From NCBI RefSeq assembly GCF_006345805.1, contig NC_042999.1:97340001-97404000 (forward strand): a stretch of 64,000 nt of DNA. The letters run 5' to 3'. The position numbers and the translations under genes are program-made. The stretch is from Octopus sinensis (lineage: Eukaryota). Shown piece by piece: positions 30,054-42,300 of the stretch. The notes below the pieces were generated by a model. The model saw nothing but the letters and a program-made list of their open reading frames with translations. It did no database searches and was not told the origin of the DNA. Position 1 is the first letter of the stretch. Every line of letters begins with the position of its first letter.

Positions 30054-33000
30054 TAAGATAGTTGAAGCTTACTTGTAATCACTGGACCTAACAAATTAAA
30101 TGTGCATCTCTCTTAGACCAGATAAGGACCCACCTTTGGCCATGAATGACCATGGAATTAATTGCACCTAGAAAATTCCCCTTCAAAGCACAAGTCGGAG
30201 CAAGGTTGTTTATGGCAAACTAGCAGTTGCCCATGCATGCCAGCCTCCCCACCTCATGCTACCAATGTTGTTCAAGGGCAAAGCAAAGGCCGATACAGCT
30301 TGGCGCCAGTGATGTCGCAACTCATTTCTACAGATGAGTGAACTGAAGCAATGTGAAATAAAATGTCTTGTTCAAGAACACAACCACAACCTGGCCCGGA
30401 AATCGAACTCACTACCTCATGATTGTGAGCATAATGCTCTAACCACTGTTATGTCACATAACAACTGGAAATTCAACTTATACTAATTTTTATAATTCCT
30501 TGAAAAAACACCCAACAATTTGAAGTAATCTAAAAAAAATGTCATAAAGATGCTGGATTTTGCTAAGTGCCAGTTTTAAATTAATTTAAGGCGATATTAA
30601 AAATAAGCCTGGTAGTAAAGCTGATGTAGAAATTAGAATAGAGGAACAATACTGTTTAAAAAATTCTGAGATTACTGTTTCAAGAATCAAATCTTTCATA
30701 GGTTGATATAAATTTAATTTCTTTGGAACTGTTAAAACATAAATACCAGTTATATCAACTAAAAAGTACAGAATAACTATTATGTAGAAGGCTAAATTAA
30801 CTAGTTGTTCAGCCTCAACTCTGACAGAGCATTTTCTGATATGCCTATAACAGAGACTTAAAGAAAAACAGCTGCTCTCTTTCAGAAGGTTTCACTGCAA
30901 AAAGAGCCATTGATTACAAAATACTAAACACCATCTTTTCAATAAAATCCATGACTGACAAAAATCCTTTTGTAATCTGGAAATAGTATACAAAAGGCAG
31001 TAAAGATGAAAAAGAAAAACAAGCAGGGTGTGAAAATCAAAGACTGTCAAAAACATGCAAGATAAAGAAAAGTTAAAGGATGTAGAATAAACTTACTTCA
31101 AAGTCTCTTTCTCTCCTTCCTAGAGTCTTTTCTAACTTCTTGATTTTTTCAATGTAGTTATCTTCTAAGCGATGTTTGGATTCAAGTTCACTTCCTAATT
31201 GGTCCACCATTCTGCATAAAACATAGAACAAAATGTCAAAATTTGGTAAGCAGCAGACAATTTATTTAAAACCATAAAATATTATTAGATAGACATAGCT
31301 AATCAAGTCAACGGAAGCTCTGCCTTCTGACTAGTACTGTATACTACTTCTATAGCAAAATCATTTAACTATCACTAGCCCATACTGAAAATAAATACTA
31401 CTTCACAATAGTAAGAATAAATACTATATAATTTATGAGCATATCATGGTTCAAATCCTTTCATTGGCCTGGAGATGATAATAGGAAATTACTTCATTGC
31501 ATACTTCTTTGAATTATCATCATCATTTAACATCCACTTTTCCATGCTTGTATGGACCAGATAGAATTTGTTGAGGCAGATGTTCTAGGCCCTTCCTGTT
31601 GCCAACCCTCACCTGTTTCCAAGGAAAGTAATACTTCCAATGACCAGAGACATTTTTCAGAATATTGGAAATGTGTGACACTACTTGTATGACAGTGATA
31701 CTCATTTGCAACAATCTTATGATGCCAAGACAAGGAGACTCAAACACTACACACACACTGCCATATATACATACACAATGGTCTTCTTTCAGTTTCCATC
31801 TACCAAATCCACTCATAAGGTTTTGGTTGGCCCAGGGTTTTAAAACACTTTCTGGACAAACATTTACTTGAATTAGATAATCTTAAACTATTGGTTTACA
31901 ACACTGATTTCAATTACCTGACTAGTAATATTTTAAAGCCAATTTAAGAAAATTATATCAAAATATACTTCAAAGTTTAGTAAATTGTACTTACTTTTGG
32001 AGATCTTGGAGGTCTGAGTCTTTATTCTGAAATATAATTACAGAAAAGAGTTATAAATTGAAATTGAAAGAAAAAAACCTTGATATTTTAATGCTAAACT
32101 ATTTCTAATGACTATAAGTCAATCAACCAACCAATTAAGAGCTAAGTTAATATAACCATTTAAATTATACAACCCATGGTATAATTTTTACAATCTATAC
32201 AGATAAGCAATTTAAAACTGCAGTATACAAATATTTCCACAAAATATATGCTTGGTTCTTATGTGTGAGTGAAAGTAAAATGAAAATATTAGAAATGAGG
32301 GTGAGCAAGTGATTGCTAGTCAAAGTAAACTAAAACTAAAGATATATTGATCCTAACATTGGCCTAACTATAAGTATTTATCAATGGTAACATTTAGGAA
32401 ACAAACATTTGAACCAGCATGAAAACTAGCACCTAGCATAACAAAACTGCAGTTACACTTAAAACTTCATTGATTTGAAAAATACATATAACAAAAATAA
32501 GAGAAATAACAAAAGAAACTTACCAAACCTTCATTCATGTGTTTTTGATTAACTTCAGCTGTCGCCTTTAGTTTCTCTGCTTGGTTATGAAAATCAGCTT
32601 GTAACCGAGCAACAGTTACATCTGCATCTTCAAGTTTTTGCTTAGCTAGTGCTAGTTCCTGTTAAAAAATAATACATGACATTGGTTAACACAAAAACAT
32701 CTTCGTACATGTCTTCTAAGCTATGTTTGGTAAGGGAGTTAATTTGCAGTCACATGTTTGAAACAATGTCTTTGCTGAGCTGAATCCACTTTTATACAGC
32801 TGAAATATTGATGACTGCTGTCCTACATTAATTCACTGATGGCAGAATGATTTACCTTCTCCGTATCTTGCAGCTGTATCAGTAAATTCTCTTTATCTTT
32901 GGTCCATTCTTTTTCTTTACTCTCTATTGCTTTCTTTAAGTCTTGTTGGTGGGAGTTTGAAAGACTCTCAAGAGCAAGGCTGAAGAGAAAAAAAAATATG

Positions 33001-36000
33001 ATTATGCTGGATTTCTTACATAAGCAAAAGGATTTGCATTTATAGCAGAAGTAAAAATGAAATTATGTGACAATGAAAGAAAGTATTAGCATTGTAAGTG
33101 AGAAAATACACAGGCCAGAAGAGTTACTTTTCTTCTACAGGCTCTGTAAAATAAAGAATTTTAACGTAGGTTTAAGCCTTTAGTATTGAGATTTCTCTAT
33201 CAAGTGTAATGCATATTTATTCCCATTGCTTTTAATTAACCATGCATTATCTTGTACATTTCAATGATGTGATTATTGTAGGGAAGGCATGAGAAGCTAG
33301 ATCTGGACAGTGTGAACATAAAACTGGTAGAATATTTGGGCCAGATACGGCTGTTTAAATGCTTATGGGTTACTGATTGAAGTTTATTGAGGAGAAATAC
33401 AATAATATAGTGTTGCTGCTTTTATCATTGTCACTGAAAGCATTTAGACATGCACATTACTAAGAACTCTTCTCACTATCTTCATTAACAGAAATATACA
33501 CATTTTTTTTTCTTTTCTCAACCTTTGTAGAGTTTTTAAGTATTTAAAGTCAAATAGCAATGCTTAAGTTTCTTTTTGGCTAAGTAGAAATAGCCTAAGG
33601 GAAAAAGAGGTCATGACATTAATGCTTATCTGAAAGATATAATAATGGTTTCAAATTAAGATTGAAACTATTGTGTGGTTTTAGCATGTCAGGACCATCA
33701 TAACTTCTCTTTTTTGCTCTTCAGTGCAAAAAGAGAATAGATATTTTAGCCATAAAAGAAAAAGAAAAAACAGATAAGTATTAATTCAAACAGAAAAATG
33801 ACTTACTATGCTTTTTTCAGTAATTCTTGTTTTTCCAAAACGTCATTCTTTAAACTTTCTACTTGTACATTTAATTCTATGTTCTAAAAACATACAAAAT
33901 ACTTTATCAGGTTTTCTACAAAATTCAGCATAATTACATAATAATGATTTTTAACATAAGCACACAGAAGGAGTAGGAACAGGTAATTAAAGAAACCCTA
34001 GCATTTGATTGCAGGGATGACAAGCCAAGACAACCACTACAGAATACAAACTTAAAACATAAAGGGGAACAACTAAACACTGCAAATCATTTTGTCTACT
34101 TCTTTGGCAATGGCTGCATAATAATGTCTTTTTATCCCAAAAGCATTAATTCTTTTTTTTTTCTGTTAAAAAAAAAATGTTTGAAATAGCCCAATGTGTC
34201 ATTATTATTTATTTTATTAATCTTGGAAGGATTAAAACCACAACTCTGAACACACAATTTAAGTTCATCACCATCCTCATTTAATGCCCATTTTCCATAC
34301 AGGCAAGAATATGTTGAGCTCCAGTATGTGCTTTGACATGATTTCTACAACCGGATGCCCTTCCTAATATCAACCACTATACAGTGTTTATCACTAGCTG
34401 TGGAGGGTATATAGCAAATTGGAGGATGCTATGAATTTATTATAATATTATTATAGTATTGGCGTCTGGCACCTGTGTCGGTGGCACATAAAAAAACACC
34501 ATCCAAGCATGGCCGTTCACCAGCCTCGTCTGGCACCTGTGTCGGTGGCACATAAAAAACACCATCCGAGCGTGGCCGTCTGCCAGCCTCGTCTGGCACC
34601 TGTGTCGGTGGCACATAAAAAAACACCATCCGAGCGTGGCCATTCGCCAGCCTCGTCTGGCACCTGTGTCGGTGGTACATAAAATCACCCACTACACTCT
34701 TGGAGTGGTTGGTGTTAGGAAGGGCATCCAGCTGTAGAAACACTGCCAGATCTGACTGGCCTGGTGCAGCCTTCGGGCTCCCCAGTTGAACCGTCCAACC
34801 CATGCTAGCATGGAAAGCGGACGTTAAACGATGATGATGATGATGATGATGATATTAAATATCAAATGATTCATAGCATATATAAATTAGTAAAATATAA
34901 AATATGTATTTATACATAAAAATAGGGCAGCACTGAGGGTATTATATGGCCATGAGTGGGGGGGAGTGACAGGGGCAAAAAGTTTGGGAACCTCTGTTCT
35001 AGAACATAATATTTAATGGAGACATTTAAAATAATATTTTTGTTGTAACTTTCTCATGCTTTTATATGATCAAATATATTATACACACATTAAAAGTCAT
35101 AGTAATCTTATTTTATTTTACTAGAAAATATATTGTGATTTCTTACTGCTGACTCCCAGTCCAGAATAGCAACTGAACTCTGTGCTCAGAGTTAATAAAT
35201 CATTCCAATGCACCCAATACAATGAGTACACAGAGAGAGTGAAGGAAGATGAATAACAGTCAATAAATGATATTTGTAATCCAAAATTAGTGATCTTGCC
35301 ATTTTGCTCTCTTCAACTCAAACAGTAAATAGATAAGAGAGGAAGAAAACAGAGTTAATTTACCATTTTAAAAGTATCATCACTGCCAAATTTTTGTCTG
35401 CACCGATCTTCAAGGAAATATATTCTTAATTTCAGGCTAAAGTTTTCTTTTCTCAATTCTTCTATCAACTGAAAATATAACAAAGATTGAAAATAATATT
35501 GAGAGAAAAAAAATATAAAACTAAAAACCAAACATACAATAGTTGATCACTTTTGATACATCATCAGTTTCTTAAGTGTGTGTTGTTAACCTTTCACAAA
35601 TTAGGTGAGAAAAGCAAAAAATGCCCTCGACCTTTCAGGTTCTCTGATATCAATTTTCATTCTGCTATTTTTATTAATGGTGGAGCAATGAAAAATGCAA
35701 GGCATTTTTCAAAGGTATGACCCTCTCCATAGAAGGTTGGTCATACTTTTCGAAAAAGTTTAAAGAAAACAAAAAACTACAGATGTGATAGTGGTATATT
35801 TAGTAGCTCACCAACAAAAGAAAAAGTGAGAAGTGATGCGATTAATGGAGAGGAGGCAGCCATCAAACGCCTCTCCTTCAAGACTTTCAATGAAGAAGAC
35901 TTCCCCTTCACCCTATCAGCAATGTATCCACTACAACTCCTGTCATTAACAATCAATACTGAGGAGAAAACGAATAGCAGTAATCATAACAGCCTATCAA

Positions 36001-39000
36001 ACAGCCACATTAACAATAACAAACTGCTGAGTAACATCAAAACGAACTGTGACACCATCACCACCACATGAGAAGGAGCCATTGTCAATTTTATAGGCAA
36101 AGAAGTGCTGTCAGATGGTCTGCAAGGGATGCATGGAGAGCAACTAAACTGTTCTGCATGTACTTGTTCGGTGTCTTAACACTGCTCACTTGTGTAGATA
36201 TGTCAAAAAAGTTGTTGTCATGTGCAGGATGAATCTAGCCATTAGCTGAGACCATTGTCTAGATCATCTTACCACCATCCTATGGTTGGAAAGGGCAAAC
36301 AGTTTCCTTCTATCAAGTGGTTGTAGTGAAAGAAGTTATGTGTCAAAAAATTACTTTAAAGGATTGAAAACAAATGAAATCGAGGGTGGAGATCTAAGTG
36401 CTCTTCTCCAGCAAATTTGTTGAAAGGTGGGTGAGAGTGGCAAATATGACCATGTGAATGAGTTTACTTGCAGTATGCACTTGTAAGCTGTGGAATACAG
36501 CTGGGAAGAGCACCCCCTCTTGATTTTGTAGGGTTTACTTGGTTAACCTTGGGTGGTTCTTGTCTCCAACCTGTTAAGGTTCTGTCTTCATTGATAGTGT
36601 ACTGTTATTAGTAATTGCTACTTTCACCTCATGCAATGCAAACCTTTGCTGTTTCATATCTTGTACTGTTGAGGCTTTTGAGAATATATAGAACTAGGAT
36701 ATACACTGGTATCAGAAAACTGCAAAAATTCATTAAATGAAGCAATTTATCTGATGAACAGTAACAATAATTAATATATTTCAAATCAAAAACTGATCTT
36801 TACCACTGTCAATGAATTCCTTACTAAGACCAAACATTTTCTCTTTATTCCCAACCATTACCAGAATATGGCATTTAGTTTTATTTATTTTAGAACAAGA
36901 TTTTTTGAGAGATTTCTCTCTTACTTGAAAGAATGTTTGTCCATCATATATACTTTTTTATTGTGAACTCAGCACTTCAAGCTCAGGAAACATTACTTTT
37001 TTACAGTATGAAATTATGAGAGTTATTTGCAAAGTGAATTATGTGATGCTGAGGGTATAACAACAAGAGAATATGAACCAATGACACAATGGCCAGTAAG
37101 TTGTTCATGTAATGCTAGCAACTCTCAAAACCCTTTATAATATATACTGAGAAAGACAATTTAGCCAGCAACAACATTAATAACAAATTATTCCAGTTAT
37201 TATCTAAAAGTGAAGAATTTTATATTTTAAGAAATATATTTTGTTGTTACGAAAAATAGAAATTAAATAAAATAATCAGTGAATATATAAAAAAGAGAAA
37301 GAGAAAAAACAGACAGATTAAATACAAAACATAAGTTCATCCCAATGACATTTAGGCATGGCAAAATAGAGTATCCGGAACTAGACTACTGTAAAACAAC
37401 CTTCTCAAACTATGATTCACAGATGTACATGAGTTTTAATAATTAAGAGGCTATTATTGCACTGAAACATGACTGACAATAACAAAGTATTCATATCCTT
37501 GAATTTATGTAGTTCAGTGAATGAACAAGCAAACATCATCCCTCTTTATTAATTATTCCACAGAAACTATGTATTGTGTATTTTATATATATATATATCA
37601 TCATCATCATCAATTAACATCCGCTTTCCATGCTAGCATGGGTTGGACGGTTCAACTGGGGTCTGGGGAGCCCGAAAGCTGCACCAGTCCAGTCAGATCT
37701 GGCAGTGTTTCTACAGCTGGATGCCCTTCCTAACGCCAACCACTCCGAGAGTGTAGTGGGTGATTTTATGTGCCACCGACACAGGTGCCAGACGAGGCTG
37801 GCAAACGGCCACGCTCGGATGGTGTTTTTTATGTGCCACCGACACAGGTGCCAGACGAGGCTGGCAGACGGCCACGCTCGGATGGTGTTTTTATGTGCCA
37901 CCGACACAGGTGCCAGACGAGGCTGGCAGACGGCCACGCTCGGATGGTGTTTTTATGTGCCACCGACACAGGTGCCAGACGAGGCTGGCAGACGGCCACG
38001 CTCGGATGGTGTTTTTATGAGGCTGGCAAACGGCCACGATCGGATGGTGCTTGTTACGTGCCCACAGCACGGAGGCCAGTCGATGCGGTACTGGCTACGG
38101 CCACGTTCGGATGGTTTTCTTATGTGCCACGTGCCACAAAGATACAAATTCCATTGATGTTCATCTATTTTGATTTGTTTTGATTTGATTTTCACTTGCC
38201 TCAACAGGTCTTCACAAGTGTCACAAGAAGGAAGGTATGCACAGGTGGACTGACTACGTCCCAGGTAGGGGCCATGGGTTATGGCCTGACTAGTCTTGCC
38301 GGGTCTTCGGATGGTGTTTTTATGTGCCACCGACACAGGTGCTAGATGAGGCTGGCGAACGGCCACGATCGGATGGTGTTTGTCATGTGCCCACCGCACT
38401 GACTACGGCACTGATGGATTTCTTGTGTGCCACAGGCACTGGTACCACAAGATACAAATTCCATTGATTTCATCTATTTTGTCTATTTTGATTTGATTTG
38501 ATTTGATTTGATTTTCACTTGCCTCAACCGGTCTTCACAAGTGTCACAAGAAGGAAGGTATGCACAGGTGGACTGACTAGTCTTGCCGGGTCTTCGGAAG
38601 GTGTTTTTATGTGCCACCGACACAGGTGCCAGATGAGGCTGGCGAACGGCCATGATCGGATGGTGTTTGTTACGTGCCCACAGCACGGAGGCCGGTCGAT
38701 GCGGAACTGGCTACGGCCACGTTCGGATGGTTCTCATGTGTGCCACCGGCACTGGTACCACAAAGTGTGTGCCACCGGCACTGGTACCACAAAGATACAG
38801 ATTCCATTGATGTTCATCTATTTTGATTTGTTTTGATTTGATTTGATTTTCACTTGCCTCAACAGGTCTTCACAAGTGTCACAAGAAGGAAGATTCCATT
38901 GATGTTCATCTATTTTGATTTGTTTTGATTTGATTTTGATTTTCACTTGCCTCAACAGGCCTTCACAAGTATCACAAGGAGGAAGGTATGCACAGGTGGA

Positions 39001-39314
39001 CTGACTACGTCCCAGGTAGGGGCCATGGTTTATGGCCTGACTAGTCTTGCCGGGTCTTCGGAAGGTGTTTTTATGTGCCACCGACACTGGTGCTAGATGA
39101 GGCTGGCGAACGGACACGACCGGATGGTGTTTGTTATGTGCCCACAGCACGATGGCCAGTGATGCGGTACTGACTACGGCCACGTTCGGATGGATTCTTG
39201 TGTGCCACCGGCACTGGTACCACAAGCGGTACTGACTACGGCCACGTTCGGATGGATTCTTGTGTGCCACCGGCACTGGTACCACAAGCGGTACTGACTA
39301 CGGCCACGTTCGGA

Positions 39315-39355
<41 letters not shown>

Positions 39356-42300
39356 GGAAAACTAAAACTAAGGGATAATATTCCAGGATACATTTTTTTG
39401 GTGGTGGTGGGGGGGGGGAGTGTTTACCTTCGAAACTCGTTAATGCCTGCTGTTGTACAAAATACTATGAACTAATGAATGTTTTATTATTGGAATTCAA
39501 CAGATAATAGATGACTATATGGTTACAGAAGTAAAACATAATAATTTGTACCAAACCTGGGACTAAGTAAAGAAACTGATGAGCAATTTCATCGACTGCT
39601 AAAATATTGCTGTGCTTATATCTACAAAGCCAAAAGAATAAAAAATGGCCATCGTCATTGTTGTCATTGGGACTAAGGATACTAATGAATAATTTCATAA
39701 AAGATAAAACAGTTAAGACCTCTGAAATAAACATTGCTGGGTTTATATGACAAAGTAATAGAAAGCTAAAGGAATAAAAAGTGGACAATGACAATGATGT
39801 CCATCATCATTGAAACATCCATGTTCCATGTTTGCATGAGTTGGATGGTCAGACAAGATATGGGTTCAAGGACTGCATCATGTTCCAGTGTCTGTTTTAG
39901 CATGGTTCACATGGTTGGATGCCTTCCCTAATACCAACCACTTTACAGCATATACTAGGTGCTTTCTGGAGTCACCAACACTTTTGAGGTCACCATGCAG
40001 CTTGCGAGACTAAGGACCCCAAGGGATGTGGGTGCTGACTTTATACTAGAAGACAAGGGGTTAATGTATGAGAAAAGAAGGGATCAGTGCAGGTTCTTGT
40101 AGAAAATCTGCATGGCTACTCACATTTAATAGGAGAGGGAGAGAAATGATAAGTAGGAGCTGCAAAGAGATAGTTAGTGGTGATGAGGTACCCAGGTGGC
40201 TCTCAAGATAAAAGATGAATAGAAGTGGGTGGGTGGCTTGAAAGACTGTAAGGGGAGCTGGAAATGTCTGTTTAAATAAGAGATCTGATACAACATGTTT
40301 GCATAATTGTTTCTTTCACTGAGCCAGTCCCAACTTCCAAAGTCCATTCTTACCTTAGGTTCTCATTAGGCTTCCAGTAAGTAATACATAATTCTTTTGC
40401 ATCACTGCATGTCACACAGTTAAACACAAAGAGAACCAACCTATGGATAATAGCATTATAGCATCTCTTATAACCTCCCTATACGATAAGCACAGCTTAA
40501 AAAGGTATAGAATTTTATCCACTTCATAAATGTGGAATATTGATTTCTAACTTCAGCCTAAGGGGGAGTCAACCAGAGGAGGGTGTAGTTGACTTAAATG
40601 ACTAACAGTACATGACGGGTATTTATTGAGTTCGTGAAGGGTCAGAATACACTGATCTTGACAATGCTCCATCAATTCTGCTATGCACCACTCTAACAAC
40701 AACAACAATGATGTCAGCAGCAATGACAATTTCTATTACTTGCTACAAGGAGTCTAGACAGAGGATGATAATAACAACAAGAACTTCTTTAATTGGCTAT
40801 AGAGGCAGCAGATGAATAGTACATAATAATAATAATAATAACGATGTTGGTTTTCATAATAATTTTATATAAACGAGATTGATCTACAGAAAGCAAAATA
40901 GGAAACTGTGAAACTTATACTTTAACCCAAAGGCATTAGTGATATAAATAAAAGAAAAATTGTACCAGCTTGAAAGTAGGTCACAGATGAGCACACTGTG
41001 AGCTTATCTCAAATGGTTGCCAGTTTTATAGGCAAATCCCAGATTCCTATAATAAAGCCCCAGAGGTGAAATAAGACTGTACAGGGTTCATTAGCAATGC
41101 AAATGAAATGAAGTGAAAAACCAGATCACAGGTTTACTCTAACATTCTCACTTCAGAAAATGGAAGTAGGAATCTGACTGGACATTTAACCTAAATTATA
41201 TATAGGCAGAAGCTATATTTTGAAGAGAACAATCAACAGAATTTGCCTGATGTATATATACACACTAACAAAATCCTGTCATAGTAACTGATTCTAATAG
41301 CTGCTTTCTCTAATCACTTAACAAGATAGCGAAAATAAAACTTCCTCTGTAGCTTAATATAAATATATTTTAGATGAATCTCTTTCTTTAACATTCACAC
41401 TCTTTCTATTACTTTCTTTTCTTTCCCCTCTCTCTCTAATTCTCTTGAACCATTTTCCCCTCCACTGTCTTTCATTCAAATACACAATCTATATGTAAAA
41501 TTTGCTGTAATTCTATTGATTTGGTTAGTTCTGTAAGCTAAGAGCAGGAGCTTATCTCAACAGAGCTCACTTTGATCAATAGAAATAATATTCCAACTGC
41601 AATCAACAACAAAGGCTAGGCTTTCCATTGAGGACTGAAAATACTTTAGTTCTAAACAGTTGCTGACCCTGCACAAGACATGAGTGTGGCCTACATTAGA
41701 ATGCTGCTTTATATATCTGGGGCAGTTCTGCTGCTACACAAACACCACAGACTGCATTTAAAAAATGGCCATCTGACTGATAAGAAAATCTTCGTTCACC
41801 AAAAACATTACAACCATTATGCCAATGAATTACTGTGTCCTCCCCTGAACTTATAAGCTAGATACTACCCCCATCCAAAATACTCACCTTGTTTCATTTA
41901 CACTACCACCACCAAACACTCACCAATCTTCCCTCTCCAGAAACAAAATCCTCTGTAACTCCTTCTCATTCATTTTACAGACACTGAACATTTATCACTC
42001 AAGCTTCACTAGCCTAAAAGGACTATGAATCCAACCCTTCTTCTTCAGAACTAAATAATGATGAGAGCATTAACTGTAGGTTAAACAAAGGTAAAAAAAA
42101 AATCATGTTACTTACCTGTTCACACTCTTTCATAGTGTTCGTTCGCATAGGGGTAAGGTGACCACTGACATTGGGGGAATTGACTGAAATAACCAAGAAA
42201 TAAATAGATGCATAAAAGTTTTTGTGGTGGTTGTGTACCTCACACAAGCATGCTTTGAGAAACAATAGATACAAATTACAGGAAATAAATATTGCACAAT

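Noticed and set aside
35826-36071. Kinase-like EEAAIKRLS motif
   Set aside because: No glycine-rich loop, HRD or DFG motif; likely chance.
37614-39285. Many overlapping 100-175-aa ORFs with CHRHRCQTRLADGH repeats; CRISPR-like look
   Set aside because: Translations of a GC-rich tandem repeat in a LINE 3' UTR; no unique spacers, no cas genes, eukaryotic intron.
39428-39471. Possible exon between exons 2 and 3 (GAAG|GTAAAC donor)
   Set aside because: Available acceptors give 19, 22 or 44 nt, all frame-shifting within CM1, which is already contiguous.
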